From Fimbriimonadia bacterium (GTDB lineage Bacteria; Armatimonadota; Fimbriimonadia; Fimbriimonadales; JABRVX01): a stretch of 64,000 nucleotides of DNA. Shown here piece after piece: positions 9,135 to 19,937 of this stretch. The notes under the pieces are model-generated. The model ran no database searches and had not been told where the DNA came from. It saw nothing but the letters and a program-made list of their open reading frames with translations. The DNA lies in contig JBGPGO010000003.1 of NCBI GenBank assembly GCA_041483895.1, positions 128,001-192,000 on the forward strand. The letters run 5' to 3'. Within the stretch, counting starts at the first letter, position 1. The number at the start of each line of letters is the position of its first letter. Made by a program: the position numbers and the translations under genes.

Positions 9135-10145
9135 CTACTTAGGTCCATATACGAGGATCACTGCCGTATTTGGTTCCATCGCCGGTCGCCCGGCGCCCGT
9201 CGAAGGCTTGAACGTGGCGGTGATCAGATAGACGCGATGAGTCTTCGGGTCGAGCGTCATGGTCCGGGCGCCGGTCTGAGTCGGCACCGTGCCCGCTACG
9301 GAAAAGCTGTTCTTGCCATCCTCATGGACGACTGTCAGCGTTCCATCGCGTCCGTTGGGGCTGAACGCTACGCCGAGGGCTGGATCGAAACCGCTGCCAT
9401 CGGGTCCGGAGCCTATTTCTGGGGTCGCGACCACCTTGCCGGTATCAGCGTCCACGACGGCCATCATCTTGTTCGAGCCGACCGCGAACAGCCGGCGATG
9501 GGCCTTGTCGAACGAAATGCCGGACGGTTCCTCCACCGGCGAAATTGACCAATGACTCTTTACTGTCAGTTTCTTCGCATCGATGGCCACAATCTCGCTC
9601 TTGTCCTCGATGTTGGCGAATACCATTCCCTTGCCATCCGACGCCGCGAATTCCGGCTTGCCGCCCACGGGAATAGTGCCGAGCACCTTGCCGGTCGCAG
9701 CGTCGATGGCGGTTACGTCGTTGCTGCGGCCATTGAAGGTGAATACGCGGTTGGTCGCGGAGTCGAAGAGGATTGCATCGGGATTCGTTCCAACTGGCAC
9801 GCGCTGGATCTCTTTCAGCGTCATCGTGTCGAAGATGAGGACGGTGTTTTCGCGGCCGTTGCTGGTGAAGCCGCGATGCAGTTTGGGGCAGATCGCGACG
9901 CCGTGCACGCCGGGGGTGTTGGGGATGTCCCCGACGACCTTGTCTGTTTGCGTATCGAGCACCATGACGTGGGTGCCGCGCGTGATGTATAAGTGATGAG
10001 CACTGGCGTCGAACGTCAAATCATCCCACCCGCCTTCGCCACCGATGGCGATCTTCTTGATTTGATGGTAGACCGGCTTCGTCGGCACGTTGCCAAATGC
10101 GCACAGTACGATGAAACTGGTGAGTAGCCAGAGCGGCTTTTTCAT
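9135..10145 (-). CDS. YncE/YVTN-family beta-propeller protein
   Basis: GGEGGWDDL, GVHGVA, RGFTSNG, GTNPDAI, GARTMTLDP motifs; ATG at 10145. Confidence 0.85.
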   Translation of the reverse strand: MKKPLWLLTSFIVLCAFGNVPTKPVYHQIKKIAIGGEGGWDDLTFDASAHHLYITRGTHVMVLDTQTDKVVGDIPNTPGVHGVAICPKLHRGFTSNGRENTVLIFDTMTLKEIQRVPVGTNPDAILFDSATNRVFTFNGRSNDVTAIDAATGKVLGTIPVGGKPEFAASDGKGMVFANIEDKSEIVAIDAKKLTVKSHWSISPVEEPSGISFDKAHRRLFAVGSNKMMAVVDADTGKVVATPEIGSGPDGSGFDPALGVAFSPNGRDGTLTVVHEDGKNSFSVAGTVPTQTGARTMTLDPKTHRVYLITATFKPSTGAGRPAMEPNTAVILVYGPK

Positions 10146-10385
10146 TGCGGGCCCTCCAATCGGTTGTCTGCCTTCAATGATACCAGGGGCGCTGGTAGGC
10201 GGCTTCCTCGTAGCCGTGGGTCGGATTGCAGCCATCCGCCCATGGACCGACAACTTAGACCCACGTGGGAGGCCATCGGTCGGGATCACGCGCTGCCGGT
10301 CGGGAGACCTGAGTATCACTTGCGACGTATCACTTGCGACTCGGTCGGGAGACCGGTCGCATCGAAAGCCGGCTGGAAGCCAGCG

Positions 10386-11210
10386 TTACGGGATGGAGAG
10401 GAGGACCTGCTGGTTCTTCATGTCCCACGTCGCGATGTAGCGGTTGAAGAAGGACTGCCCCAAGTTCTGCCACCCCGGTCGCTGAGAGATGAAAACCTGC
10501 AGGTTGCCGGTCTTCAATCCATCCAATTCCAGCGCCACAGACGGACCAACTTGGTACTTGGTTGCGCCGTTCGCCTGCACCGGCCCTATTGCGTTAAGTC
10601 CAAGTTTATGCGCCATATCTTTATCAAAGAACACGTCCCCGAGCCCCGTGCTCGCGATCAGCTCGCACGACTTGCCCCCAATCGATCCCTTCAGCACAAT
10701 CCCGCGCTTGGGGTCCACGGAGAAACCAATCTTGGTCCCCGGCCGGTCCGGCAGCGGGCTGTCGCGCGGAACCAGTGAAAGGCTCGTCTTGAACGGGTCC
10801 ACCGTCCACATGTAACTGGAGAGGAACTTCAGCCCGACAAAGCCGTCCAGGTTGCACATCTTCTCCATGTCCGCATCCGCGATGATCAGCCCCGGACCCA
10901 AAACCCCCACGAAATCCCCCGCCGCGATCTTGGCGGCCTGGAACCACTTGCCGTTCACCTTTCCACCTGCCCAATCAAATGAGACCGAAGCGCCCGACGA
11001 AATCGAAGCCTCCTCCGCGGCAGACTCCGTGATCACCGCGTAGTCCACCGCCGTATCCAGTCCCAGTCGGAAATGGCCCTTGCCGTTCAGCGTGGCCGTC
11101 ATCGCAAACAGCCGGTTGTCGGACGCGGCAGACTTCTTCCCGCTCCAGGCCTCCAGCGGCATGTCCGCCAGCGCCCCGTGCGCCAACGCCAACAAGAGAA
11201 ATCCAATCAT
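10386..11210 (-). CDS. Secreted retropepsin-like aspartyl protease (two lobes)
   Basis: LNGK..F.LDTA and DGFVGL motifs; second lobe degenerate (ASTG...NLGQSFF). Confidence 0.65.
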   Translation of the reverse strand: MIGFLLLALAHGALADMPLEAWSGKKSAASDNRLFAMTATLNGKGHFRLGLDTAVDYAVITESAAEEASISSGASVSFDWAGGKVNGKWFQAAKIAAGDFVGVLGPGLIIADADMEKMCNLDGFVGLKFLSSYMWTVDPFKTSLSLVPRDSPLPDRPGTKIGFSVDPKRGIVLKGSIGGKSCELIASTGLGDVFFDKDMAHKLGLNAIGPVQANGATKYQVGPSVALELDGLKTGNLQVFISQRPGWQNLGQSFFNRYIATWDMKNQQVLLSIP

Positions 11211-12265
11211 CTCGACTGCCTCATTGCTTCCATAAAGTACACGTAGGTCTTCTGCGTCAGGATCTTGGCGAATTCAGATTCCTGGCCTTTGTCGGCAATC
11301 TCCTTCGCCGCGGCCAAAGCAAGAGCCGCCTCTTCCCCTTTTCCGTTGGAATGGAAAAGAAGCGCCAGGTCCCGCAGACGCCGCTCGTATGCCGCCGCTA
11401 CCTTAGGCTCGAACAGCTCCGCCGCCGCCTGCTGAACAATCCCTGACAGCCGCGCGTCCCGAACATCTTCGGCAACCTCGACTTCGCTCTTCGATGCCTC
11501 CATGAGCGAGCGGATCATCGGCTTTAGAACCGGCATCTCGTACATCCAACCGCGTGTTTGGGGCAGAACCAGCGCCATGCCTATTGGATGATCTTCGGCG
11601 GGCGCAGGGTACTCCAGCGAATTGGCCGGATGGGGAACGGTGGTGGTAGGCGATGGCAAGACCGCCGCCCAGTACGCCATGGTGTTGGGCACGCGATTGC
11701 CCCGGTCCCGCGTCTCCTGAACCGACTGTGCCACCCGCCATTTGACATAGTCCGGGTCGCACTCCGCAAAAAGAATGCTCTCCGTGTACTTGCCTTGCAC
11801 GCTCTCGATGGCGTCCGGCAACTCATGCACGGAAACGCGGTCCTCGACCACATCGACAATTCCTTCGTTCTCTTTGAGGAACGCGTCGAGCAGGCGGTAG
11901 TTGAGCCCATCGTCGGGCCGGGCAAGCAGCACGCGGCACGTGCCGGTGCCGTCCGTGCTGGACAGCCAAGCCTGCCAGGTGAGCACCAACGGTTCCGCCG
12001 ATTCTTCGATTGCCACCGCCGCACCGACGCCTTGCTGGGAAAGAAGAAACAACCCTTTTCGCAGCAAGCGCCGGATCGGCTTGTCCAAACCCGAATCGTC
12101 AACCAAAACCGTCAGCGCGGAATGAAGCTCCTTGGCGCTTGTCTCGTTCGCCTTCGCTTCGTCCAGATACCATTTGAGCAGGCCGGACGCATCCTCTTCG
12201 GAACCTTCCAAAAACCGGGTGCGCAGCTCCTGTGCCATAGGTGAAAGCATCATCGTTTGATCCAT
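11207..12265 (-). CDS. Hypothetical protein
   Basis: 352-aa ORF co-oriented and tightly packed between kinase and protease. Confidence 0.7.
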   Translation of the reverse strand: MDQTMMLSPMAQELRTRFLEGSEEDASGLLKWYLDEAKANETSAKELHSALTVLVDDSGLDKPIRRLLRKGLFLLSQQGVGAAVAIEESAEPLVLTWQAWLSSTDGTGTCRVLLARPDDGLNYRLLDAFLKENEGIVDVVEDRVSVHELPDAIESVQGKYTESILFAECDPDYVKWRVAQSVQETRDRGNRVPNTMAYWAAVLPSPTTTVPHPANSLEYPAPAEDHPIGMALVLPQTRGWMYEMPVLKPMIRSLMEASKSEVEVAEDVRDARLSGIVQQAAAELFEPKVAAAYERRLRDLALLFHSNGKGEEAALALAAAKEIADKGQESEFAKILTQKTYVYFMEAMRQSR

Positions 12266-12268
12266 ACT

Positions 12269-13975
12269 CTATCCGCCCGAGCGACTGCCTAGGACCCGGT
12301 CCAGGTTGCGCCGGGCAATCTCCTTCTCTTGACTGCCAAATTGTGCCGCTTCGTATGCCTCGTTGTACGAATTCGCTGCCGGCCCCAACTGGCCGGCCCG
12401 TTCAAAAAGGACCCCAACGTTGATCAGCAAGTCGGCGGCGTAGTTAGAATACCTTGCGGCGTTGGCCTGATCTTTGCGCTGCAGCGCGTACTCCGCCGCG
12501 GTCTTCCATTGGCCCGCCGCGGCGATCAGCCGTTCAATTTTTACGTCGTTGGACTGCGCCTGGTTCGCGTATGTTTCATTGAGGCGGCCCATGTCTGTGA
12601 AATAGGCCGGGTTCGTCGGGTCGTCCTGCAGCGCCGCCTGGAACATCTTTTCGGCCTCCGCGAGATTGTACATGCGAAGATCGGCCTGGCCGGCTTTCTC
12701 GTAGAACACCGCCCGGTTGATCCGTACGCGCTGGCGAAAGGCATCGGACTGCGCTTCCTGGTCTAGCTTCGTCATCATCGCCACTGCCTTCAGCGGGTCC
12801 TGGTCTGCGACCGCCTTGGCCTTGTTCAGATCGATGGAATATTGCTCGTCATGCTTCTGCGCCATCGCGCCCTCGTACCAGTTCCCGATGCCCATTACCA
12901 ATCCGACACCGATCCCCACCATGCCGACGCCGATAGCGAAGGTGAGGAAGATGCGTCCGATCATGGCCTTGGCGTGGGGGCTGAGGAGCGGGCGGGGCGG
13001 CGCGGGCGGCTGCCACAGAACGGGTGGTGGAGGGTAGCCCATCTGGGTCTGCTGGGTGGGCAGAAAGACCGGTTGCTGCTGCATCGTCGGGTAGGTGGGG
13101 GAAGAGCAGGGGATGATGCCCTGCGGCAGATAGGACGCGGTTTGGATGGGGTCCTGGGTCTGCTTGACCGCCTCCTTCAGCGCGGACGCCATCTCGGAGG
13201 CCGATCCGTATCGCAACGCCACGGATTTCTCGATCGCCTTGCGAATCACCATCTCGACGGCGTGATGCACTCCGGGCGGGGTCGCGGGGTCGGTGTTGCA
13301 AATATTATAAGTAATTGTAACTACGCTGTCGCCGGCAAACGGTTTTGCGCCGGTAAGCATCTCGTAGAGCACCACGCCGCAGGAGAAGATGTCCGTCCGC
13401 GCGTCCAGGTCCCGGCCCACCACCTGTTCGGGAGACATGTAGCTGGGGGTGCCAAACACCTGCCCGTCCATGGTGATGCTGTGCTCGAACGTGAGGCGCG
13501 CGATGCCGAAGTCGGTCAGCTTGACCCGCCCATCATTCAAAATCTGAATGTTGTCCGGCTTGATGTCCCGGTGGATGACGCCGTGCTGGTGGGCGAAGCT
13601 GAGCGCGTCCAGAACCTGGTTCATGATGTCCACGGCCTCGCCGAGCGGGATGAGACCGTCCGCGTCTAGGCGTTCGCGCAGGGTCCGGCCCTCCAGGTAC
13701 TCCATGGCGATGAAGTGCTTGCCCGCGTCCTCGCCGACCTCGTAGATGGTGACGATGTTGGGGTGGATCAGGCTTCCCGCGGCCTTAGCCTCGCGCTGGA
13801 ACCTCTTCAGGCGCTCATCCAGCTGGGTCTGGGTGCCGCCGGCGGGGAATACCAGCTCCTTGACGGCCACGCGCCGGTTGGTGGCGGGATCGTAGCCCTC
13901 GTAGACGATGTCGTTGCTACGGGCGATCTCGCGGATGATCTGGTATCGGCCTATGGTCTCTGCTGCGGCGCTCAT
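12269..13975 (-). CDS. Hanks-type Ser/Thr protein kinase with TM and extracytoplasmic TPR-like domain
   Basis: VAVKEL, HRDIKPDN, DFGIA, GTPSYMSPEQ, DIFSCG motifs; Pro-rich linker, TM, helical C-terminus. Confidence 0.93.
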   Translation of the reverse strand: MSAAAETIGRYQIIREIARSNDIVYEGYDPATNRRVAVKELVFPAGGTQTQLDERLKRFQREAKAAGSLIHPNIVTIYEVGEDAGKHFIAMEYLEGRTLRERLDADGLIPLGEAVDIMNQVLDALSFAHQHGVIHRDIKPDNIQILNDGRVKLTDFGIARLTFEHSITMDGQVFGTPSYMSPEQVVGRDLDARTDIFSCGVVLYEMLTGAKPFAGDSVVTITYNICNTDPATPPGVHHAVEMVIRKAIEKSVALRYGSASEMASALKEAVKQTQDPIQTASYLPQGIIPCSSPTYPTMQQQPVFLPTQQTQMGYPPPPVLWQPPAPPRPLLSPHAKAMIGRIFLTFAIGVGMVGIGVGLVMGIGNWYEGAMAQKHDEQYSIDLNKAKAVADQDPLKAVAMMTKLDQEAQSDAFRQRVRINRAVFYEKAGQADLRMYNLAEAEKMFQAALQDDPTNPAYFTDMGRLNETYANQAQSNDVKIERLIAAAGQWKTAAEYALQRKDQANAARYSNYAADLLINVGVLFERAGQLGPAANSYNEAYEAAQFGSQEKEIARRNLDRVLGSRSGG

Positions 13976-14128
13976 TCAGTCTTGGGGCCTTTTGGGGCTT
14001 CTTCGTTTGTGGCGCGGAAATTCATCTGTTCCCATTATATGACATGGGTAAAGGGCAACTCGTTTCAATGCCTAGCAATTATCCCTGGTAAACCGCTTGA
14101 TTCCTTCGCCCGCATGCGGCTCCTCGAT

Positions 14129-14335
14129 CCCCTCCCCCGCTTGCGGGGGAGGGTTAGGGTGGGGGTTCTGGAAAGCCCTCCCCCTTTTTTCCGTCCGGAG
14201 ATAACCTTCGATGACCAGCCACCGGAAAAAGGGGGAGGGTTAGGTGGGGGTTCCGGAAAGCCCTCCCCTTTTTTCCGTCCGGAGATAACCTTTGATGACC
14301 GTCCACCGGAAAAAGGGGGAGGGTTGGGTGGGGGT
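14129..14335. repeat. REP-like palindrome cluster (CCCTCCCCC...GGGGGAGGGTT.GG.GGGGG) with two ~85-bp tandem hairpin units
   Basis: Short unit 14129-14165; long units starting at 14170 and 14255 are nearly identical. Confidence 0.8.
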
Positions 14336-14513
14336 CTCTCCGGATTCTTCGTAGGCGCGGGTCGTCTTGCCGATATCCAACCTATTACCGACCACCAGGA
14401 CCCGCGTGACGAGGGCCGCAATTGCCGATACTCGACGCATTCTCACCGCCAACCCCGAAATAATTCGGTGTACAATGTCAGCAGGATATCATTTCCAGAG
14501 GTGAACCGCAGCC

Positions 14514-16049
14514 ATGAGATCACTCGCGATAGTTCTTCTGTCCACGTTAGCGTCCGCCACACTGGCGCAAAACGATCCCGCATCGTGGCCGATGTATCAA
14601 CACGATTCGCAACATTCCGGCCGGAACGACTTTGTCGAGGTCTTGCCGCAACACGAGATCGGTTGGACTGCTGATTGCTATCCATATTTCAGTAGCCCAG
14701 TCATTGTATCAAGCGACGACGGTTGCGTCCTAGCGTGCTCATCTTACGCACTTCAATGTTTCTGGGAGTCCGGATTGCTTCGATGGCGATATGAAGATAT
14801 AGGAATCGGCTACGCTTCAATTGTGTTACCAAATGGGCTATTGGCTATGCCGGGAAGTGGCTTTACCGACGTCTTCAGCCCGACTGGTACTCGCCTTGGC
14901 CGGATGAAGGGAATTGATGGCCTCCGTGCCGCTGTTTTGGAAGACAGCTCAATCGCTGAAGCGGGGGAATTTCTGAAATTTCCGGACGGCTACAGCTACC
15001 ATGACACAACTGGGCTTTACACAAATGTCGTGGCCGCCAGAGACGGTTACGTATATGCGCTGGCTGGTGAAAAAACGGGCAAGCTAACGGTTGCCAAGAT
15101 GACGCCGACCAGCATTATTTATGGGCCAGAACTTCCCTATGGAGCCGCTGGAAGCCTTCTGATATGTGGGCCGGGCGACAGACTTTATTTTGTTGCCAGT
15201 AAGCCGCAATCTGGTTACCGTTTAGTTTGCGCTGACCTGACTGGAAACAAACTGTGGGAGTCCAATGTGGTCGTCCCCGATTCCTTCGCTGTTGCTCGGG
15301 ACGGGACTGTTTATGCTAAAACTGGCACCCATCTTATCGCCATCGGCCCAACTGGGGAACTCGCATGGGATCTCACGGTGTCGTTCAACGGTGGTGACCA
15401 GTGGCCACCGATTGTCGACTCATCTGGACGAGTGTTCCTTATTAATACGAATGATCCGCTTGGCGGCAGCGCCATTCTATGCGACTCTCCAAACGGTTTC
15501 TTCGAATGGAGCCAACGCATCGCACCGTTTTGGGATTACCCGATCGCAACCGCGATGTGCCTCTCTCCGAGCGGCCTGCTTGTGGGCTGCGCAGATGGAT
15601 TCCTATACAGTCTCAAGACAAAGACTCACAAACGGACAGTTAAGTTGTCTGTGGAATTGAATGGTATTGCCCCCGAAGCAACGCCGCCACAACTGGAATA
15701 TGACTTGCGATTGCCGGGATCGGATGCCGCGTTTTACTGGCACAAAGTGTCACCTAACGCCGATGGAACCTATGACCTGCTCCTCCCAAACGGAACGTTT
15801 GACGTTGGATTTAAGCCGCAAGGCTGGCTGTCTCGGCTGGTTGCCAACATTGACGATAACACGACGCAAATTCAGTCGCTTTGCCAAGGCGGAGATGTCA
15901 ACAACGATGACACAGTGGACATTCAAGACCTAAATGCCGTAATGATCAATTTTGGCGGCACGGGAGCCGACACGAACTTGGACGGAACGACCGACCTTCT
16001 AGATCTCAACCGCGTCTTTATTGATTTCGGCCTTGTCGGCGAGTGGTGA
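14514..16049 (+). CDS. Secreted PQQ-like beta-propeller protein with C-terminal dockerin-like module
   Basis: Signal peptide, WPMYQHDSQHSG, G...W repeats, GDVNNDDTVDIQDL...DTNLDGTTDLLDL. Confidence 0.8.
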   Translation: MRSLAIVLLSTLASATLAQNDPASWPMYQHDSQHSGRNDFVEVLPQHEIGWTADCYPYFSSPVIVSSDDGCVLACSSYALQCFWESGLLRWRYEDIGIGYASIVLPNGLLAMPGSGFTDVFSPTGTRLGRMKGIDGLRAAVLEDSSIAEAGEFLKFPDGYSYHDTTGLYTNVVAARDGYVYALAGEKTGKLTVAKMTPTSIIYGPELPYGAAGSLLICGPGDRLYFVASKPQSGYRLVCADLTGNKLWESNVVVPDSFAVARDGTVYAKTGTHLIAIGPTGELAWDLTVSFNGGDQWPPIVDSSGRVFLINTNDPLGGSAILCDSPNGFFEWSQRIAPFWDYPIATAMCLSPSGLLVGCADGFLYSLKTKTHKRTVKLSVELNGIAPEATPPQLEYDLRLPGSDAAFYWHKVSPNADGTYDLLLPNGTFDVGFKPQGWLSRLVANIDDNTTQIQSLCQGGDVNNDDTVDIQDLNAVMINFGGTGADTNLDGTTDLLDLNRVFIDFGLVGEW

Positions 16050-16090
16050 GGGCATATAGATTGCTCGCAATTGGGAAATTTGTCTTTGTT

Positions 16091-16255
16091 GTAGCCGCAG
16101 GTTCTCGTTCTGAATTGTTCTCTACCGGCTGCTCCAAAACCTGCGTAAGAGGGTTGGAGTTGTTGATGGCCAACCGCTTCCCATTGACTACCATTCCCAC
16201 GCGGATTTTGTTCGTGGCGACTCGGTCACGGTTCAGAATGAGAATCCGCGGCTAC
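16091..16255. repeat. GTAG...CTAC REPIN-like element, copy 1
   Basis: Two inverted hairpin arms similar to 52573-52741 and 55113-55402. Confidence 0.75.
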
Positions 16256-19200
16256 TTCGGAATAGTGAATTGATAGGAACCGGCGGCGAGTTCGGCGGAG
16301 CAGGCAGCTCCATCTGTTTTTGCAAACCTGGCGTGGGAGGCATCGCCTTTGACTTCGATCTTCGCGGGGTCTCCAACCGGCAGGAACAGCGTCGCCGTTG
16401 TGTTGGGGGGGACCGTGATGTCGAAGGTGGTGCGGTTATCGGCGATTTTCCACGATACCGAGATCGTCCCGTGGATGGAGTGGTAGGAACCGCGAGCGGA
16501 GGAGAGGCCGCCTCCGGGGAGGGGGCGAAGAATAAAGTGTTTGTAGCCCGGCGAGGCGGGATCGGGGTTGATGCCGATGATGGTGCGCATCATCCATTCT
16601 CCCACGGACCCCAGCGCCCAGTGGTTGAAGGAGTTCATCCCAGGGTCCTGGAACCCGCGCCCTTTCACATATCCGTCCCACCGCTCCCAAATGGTGGTCG
16701 CGCCGTTTTCTATACTATATCCCCAAGAGGGGAACGTCTTATTGAGCGCCACCTGGTAGGCGATATCATTGCGGCCGCGCTCCGTCAGCTCCATCATCAT
16801 TCGATGGGTGCTATGGAAACCGGTGGATATATGATTGTTATATTTCGCCAGCGCCGCTATCATCTTGTCGAACGCCTTTGCCTGCATCTCTTTCGGCAAT
16901 AGATCGAAGTTGAGCGCGAGCGCATATCCGGCCTGCGTATCACCTAGTATCGTGCCATCTTCTTTCACATACGCCTTGTTGAACACCGACTTGATCTCCT
17001 CATACAGTTTCTCGTACTTCTCGGCTTCGACGGAGCGAAGCCCTCCAAGAACCTTTGCCATCTGCGCCACATAATAGGTGGATCGCGCGAAGAACGCGGT
17101 GGCAAATACCTCATTTGGTATGGAGCCACCGGTGCGCGGCCAATCCTTTTGTATGAGAGAATCACCATTCAGCCAATCGTTATAATCGTTGTGGCGCTCC
17201 TTCTGCCATAGGTGATTTGGATTTTTGGAATCGATCCAATCGATCCACCTCCGCATACTATCAAAATGCCGCTCGATCAAACGCGTATCCGCATAGTTCT
17301 CGTACGCCACCCACGGCACAAAAACGCCCGCATCTCCCCAGGCCGGCACGCCATTGAACTTCTTATTCTTGCCGTACGGATTCGGAGAAAAGTCCCCATA
17401 TCTTCCGTCATCGGCCTGCGCGTCTCGCACATCCTGGAACCACTTCGTATAGAACGCCGCGAGGTCCATGTTGAAGCACGCGTTTTGCGCAAACGCCAAG
17501 ATATCGCCCATCCAACCCAGCCGCTCATCCCGCTGCGGGCAGTCCGTCGGAACGCTCATCAAGTTCGCGCGCTGCGTCCATAGGATGTTCTGCCACAACC
17601 GATTCAGCATCGGATCCGAGCAGTCGAATTCGCTGACGATCGGCGAGGACGAGTTGACGACAATCCCAACCAAATCTTCCAGTTTCGGCTTGTACGATAA
17701 CCCTGTCACTTCCACATAGCGAAAACCATGATAGGTAAAGCGAGGCTCAAATGTTTCCGATGCCGCGCCGTTGGGGATGTAATGATCGATTTGCGGCGCG
17801 CCCCGCAAGTTGGTGGTATATATCGTTCCATCGTCATTCAACATCTCGGCATGGCGCAGCGTCACTTCACTCTTAACATCTCGGACTGTTAACTTACAAT
17901 GCCCTGGCATGTTTTGACCCATGTCATACACATACACACCGGGCTTCGGCTCAGTGAGCGCCACGGCTTTGACAGTTAGAGTCTGGCGGATCGGTTCGTT
18001 GGGCTGCCATACAAGTTCTGCCTTGCCGTCCTTTTTGATCGCAACCGGCTTCCATCCCTCTGGATTCACCTTGGTGGCATCATACGTTTCGCCATCCAAC
18101 AGGTCCGCGATCCGCACGGGACCATCCACCGTGGCCTGCCAACTGTCGTCCGTCACCACCGTTTCGGACGAACCGTCATCATATTGAATATCCGTCTGCA
18201 TCAGGAACGCCGGTTTTCTACCGTAAACCGCGCGCGGCCTGCCATCATCCGTCAAGCCCTGAGCCATCCCCAACCTGCCCGCATACCACCCATCCGCGAC
18301 CGTCGCGACGATATTATTTTCACCCTGCCGCATCAGTTTCGTCACATCGTATGTCTGATATTGCACGCGCAGGTTGTAGTCCGTCCATTCCGGGGCCAGT
18401 CGGTGATCTCCAACAACCAAGCCATTGATCGTCACCTCATACACTCCCAGAGCGCTCACCGTCGCGATCGCGCGCTTGATCGCCTTGGCGGCTTGGAATT
18501 GTTTTCTAAACATCGGCGCGGGCAGTGGTTCCGATCCTTTTGATCCATGCGACAGTATGTCCCCATCCGTCAAATAGCGCGTTGACCAATCGCGATTTTC
18601 GATGGAATCGGAGGCGATGACGGTGGCGCCTTGTGACAGTACTTTGCTCTCGTTCAGCACCTGCACTTCCGCCAACGCAAATCCATACTTACCGGGCTCT
18701 CGCTCGCGCATCTTCGTCACGGTCAGCCGAATACATCGCGCCCGCGTCGGTTCCAGCGCAATCTCCACGGGGCCATCGCCAGGCCGCTCTTGATCCGATT
18801 GAGTAAAGGAAGCAACAACAATCGTATCGGTCGCGTCCTGCCGGCTGTAAATCTCAACCATGTACCGCACCGGAAACAGGAACCCTGGCGTGTCGGGAAA
18901 GTCGTACGGCCTGGCAGGGAAGAGCTTGATCCGATCGAAGTCCTGCGCGCCGCTCATTTCAATGGAAACGGTCTTGATTGTGTCCGGACTATCCGCCAAC
19001 TGGGAATGAAATCCGTTGCGCGAAGGCACAAAATCCTGGACCGGCGTCGCGTTCTCAATCCATTTGGCCTTCCAATCTTCCGGATGCAACATTCCAACGG
19101 ACCAATGGGCGGTCTCGCTCCAGAGGCCGGGCTGACCGTCCTGGTCCCACGATCGCACCTGCCAATAACAGAATTGCCCGGATGTCAGCGGTTTGCCGGC

Positions 19201-19455
19201 ATATTCGATATGGATCGTCGCATCGCTAGCAACCTTTCCGGAATCCCAAAGGTCCGGCCGATCCGGCAGCAAGGTCGGATCGCCGGCGACAACGATCTGG
19301 TAGGCGGTCTGTTTCGCGCCGTATCGCCCATCGCTGAGCTCCCAATACAGGTGCGGCCGCGACTCAGCGACCCCAAGCGGGTTGGTCAAGTACTCGCAGC
19401 GAAGGTTGATGGGTGCGGTATTCATAAGATGTGCGGCAAGCAAGACATGGATCAA
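16252..19455 (-). CDS. Alpha-L-rhamnosidase (GH78)
   Basis: PTDCPQRDERLGWMGD, GATTIWERWD, MNSFNHWALGSV, FTYHGFRYVE; GGAAGGAG RBS before TTG 19455. Confidence 0.93.
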   Translation of the reverse strand: MIHVLLAAHLMNTAPINLRCEYLTNPLGVAESRPHLYWELSDGRYGAKQTAYQIVVAGDPTLLPDRPDLWDSGKVASDATIHIEYAGKPLTSGQFCYWQVRSWDQDGQPGLWSETAHWSVGMLHPEDWKAKWIENATPVQDFVPSRNGFHSQLADSPDTIKTVSIEMSGAQDFDRIKLFPARPYDFPDTPGFLFPVRYMVEIYSRQDATDTIVVASFTQSDQERPGDGPVEIALEPTRARCIRLTVTKMREREPGKYGFALAEVQVLNESKVLSQGATVIASDSIENRDWSTRYLTDGDILSHGSKGSEPLPAPMFRKQFQAAKAIKRAIATVSALGVYEVTINGLVVGDHRLAPEWTDYNLRVQYQTYDVTKLMRQGENNIVATVADGWYAGRLGMAQGLTDDGRPRAVYGRKPAFLMQTDIQYDDGSSETVVTDDSWQATVDGPVRIADLLDGETYDATKVNPEGWKPVAIKKDGKAELVWQPNEPIRQTLTVKAVALTEPKPGVYVYDMGQNMPGHCKLTVRDVKSEVTLRHAEMLNDDGTIYTTNLRGAPQIDHYIPNGAASETFEPRFTYHGFRYVEVTGLSYKPKLEDLVGIVVNSSSPIVSEFDCSDPMLNRLWQNILWTQRANLMSVPTDCPQRDERLGWMGDILAFAQNACFNMDLAAFYTKWFQDVRDAQADDGRYGDFSPNPYGKNKKFNGVPAWGDAGVFVPWVAYENYADTRLIERHFDSMRRWIDWIDSKNPNHLWQKERHNDYNDWLNGDSLIQKDWPRTGGSIPNEVFATAFFARSTYYVAQMAKVLGGLRSVEAEKYEKLYEEIKSVFNKAYVKEDGTILGDTQAGYALALNFDLLPKEMQAKAFDKMIAALAKYNNHISTGFHSTHRMMMELTERGRNDIAYQVALNKTFPSWGYSIENGATTIWERWDGYVKGRGFQDPGMNSFNHWALGSVGEWMMRTIIGINPDPASPGYKHFILRPLPGGGLSSARGSYHSIHGTISVSWKIADNRTTFDITVPPNTTATLFLPVGDPAKIEVKGDASHARFAKTDGAACSAELAAGSYQFTIPK

Positions 19456-19572
19456 GTCTGAACTCCTTCCTGCCCCAATTCGATGGAGGGTCCCAATTGT
19501 CCTAGTTTGCAGGGAGGGCAAGGCACTGAATTGTGTAAGATAGTAGCGATAACCTGATCGAAAGGGGAACGC

Positions 19573-19935
19573 ATGAAAGGTTCGCTATTCCTGTTCCACT
19601 GGAACCCGGAAGAGGCCGAGGCGCGCGCCAAACAACTATCGGACGCCGGCTGGCACGTGGAATTCGAGTGGGAAGACGGCGCGCGAGGCGGCAAAAAGGT
19701 GCTCGAGCAGCAACCCGATGTGGTCGTTTTCGACCTAGCAAAACGCTCCTCCCACAGCCGCGCAACCGCGGAGGGACTACGCGGATACAAGGCAGGACGG
19801 GATCTGCCCATGGTATTTGTCGACGGTTCGGAAGAGAACATCGAAAAGACCAAGCGCAAGGTTGCGAACGGCATCTACACGACAACGGGCAAACTGCTCG
19901 AAACGCTAGTTCGATTGTTGGCTAAGGCCCGCTAG
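19573..19935 (+). CDS. Single-domain response-regulator-like protein
   Basis: PDVVVFDL receiver-like motif, 120 aa, AAGGGG RBS. Confidence 0.6.
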   Translation: MKGSLFLFHWNPEEAEARAKQLSDAGWHVEFEWEDGARGGKKVLEQQPDVVVFDLAKRSSHSRATAEGLRGYKAGRDLPMVFVDGSEENIEKTKRKVANGIYTTTGKLLETLVRLLAKAR

Positions 19936-19937
19936 TT

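Noticed and set aside
13715..14674. 319-aa ORF with repeated PPEKGGGLGGG
   Set aside because: Translation of the REP cluster, antisense to the kinase
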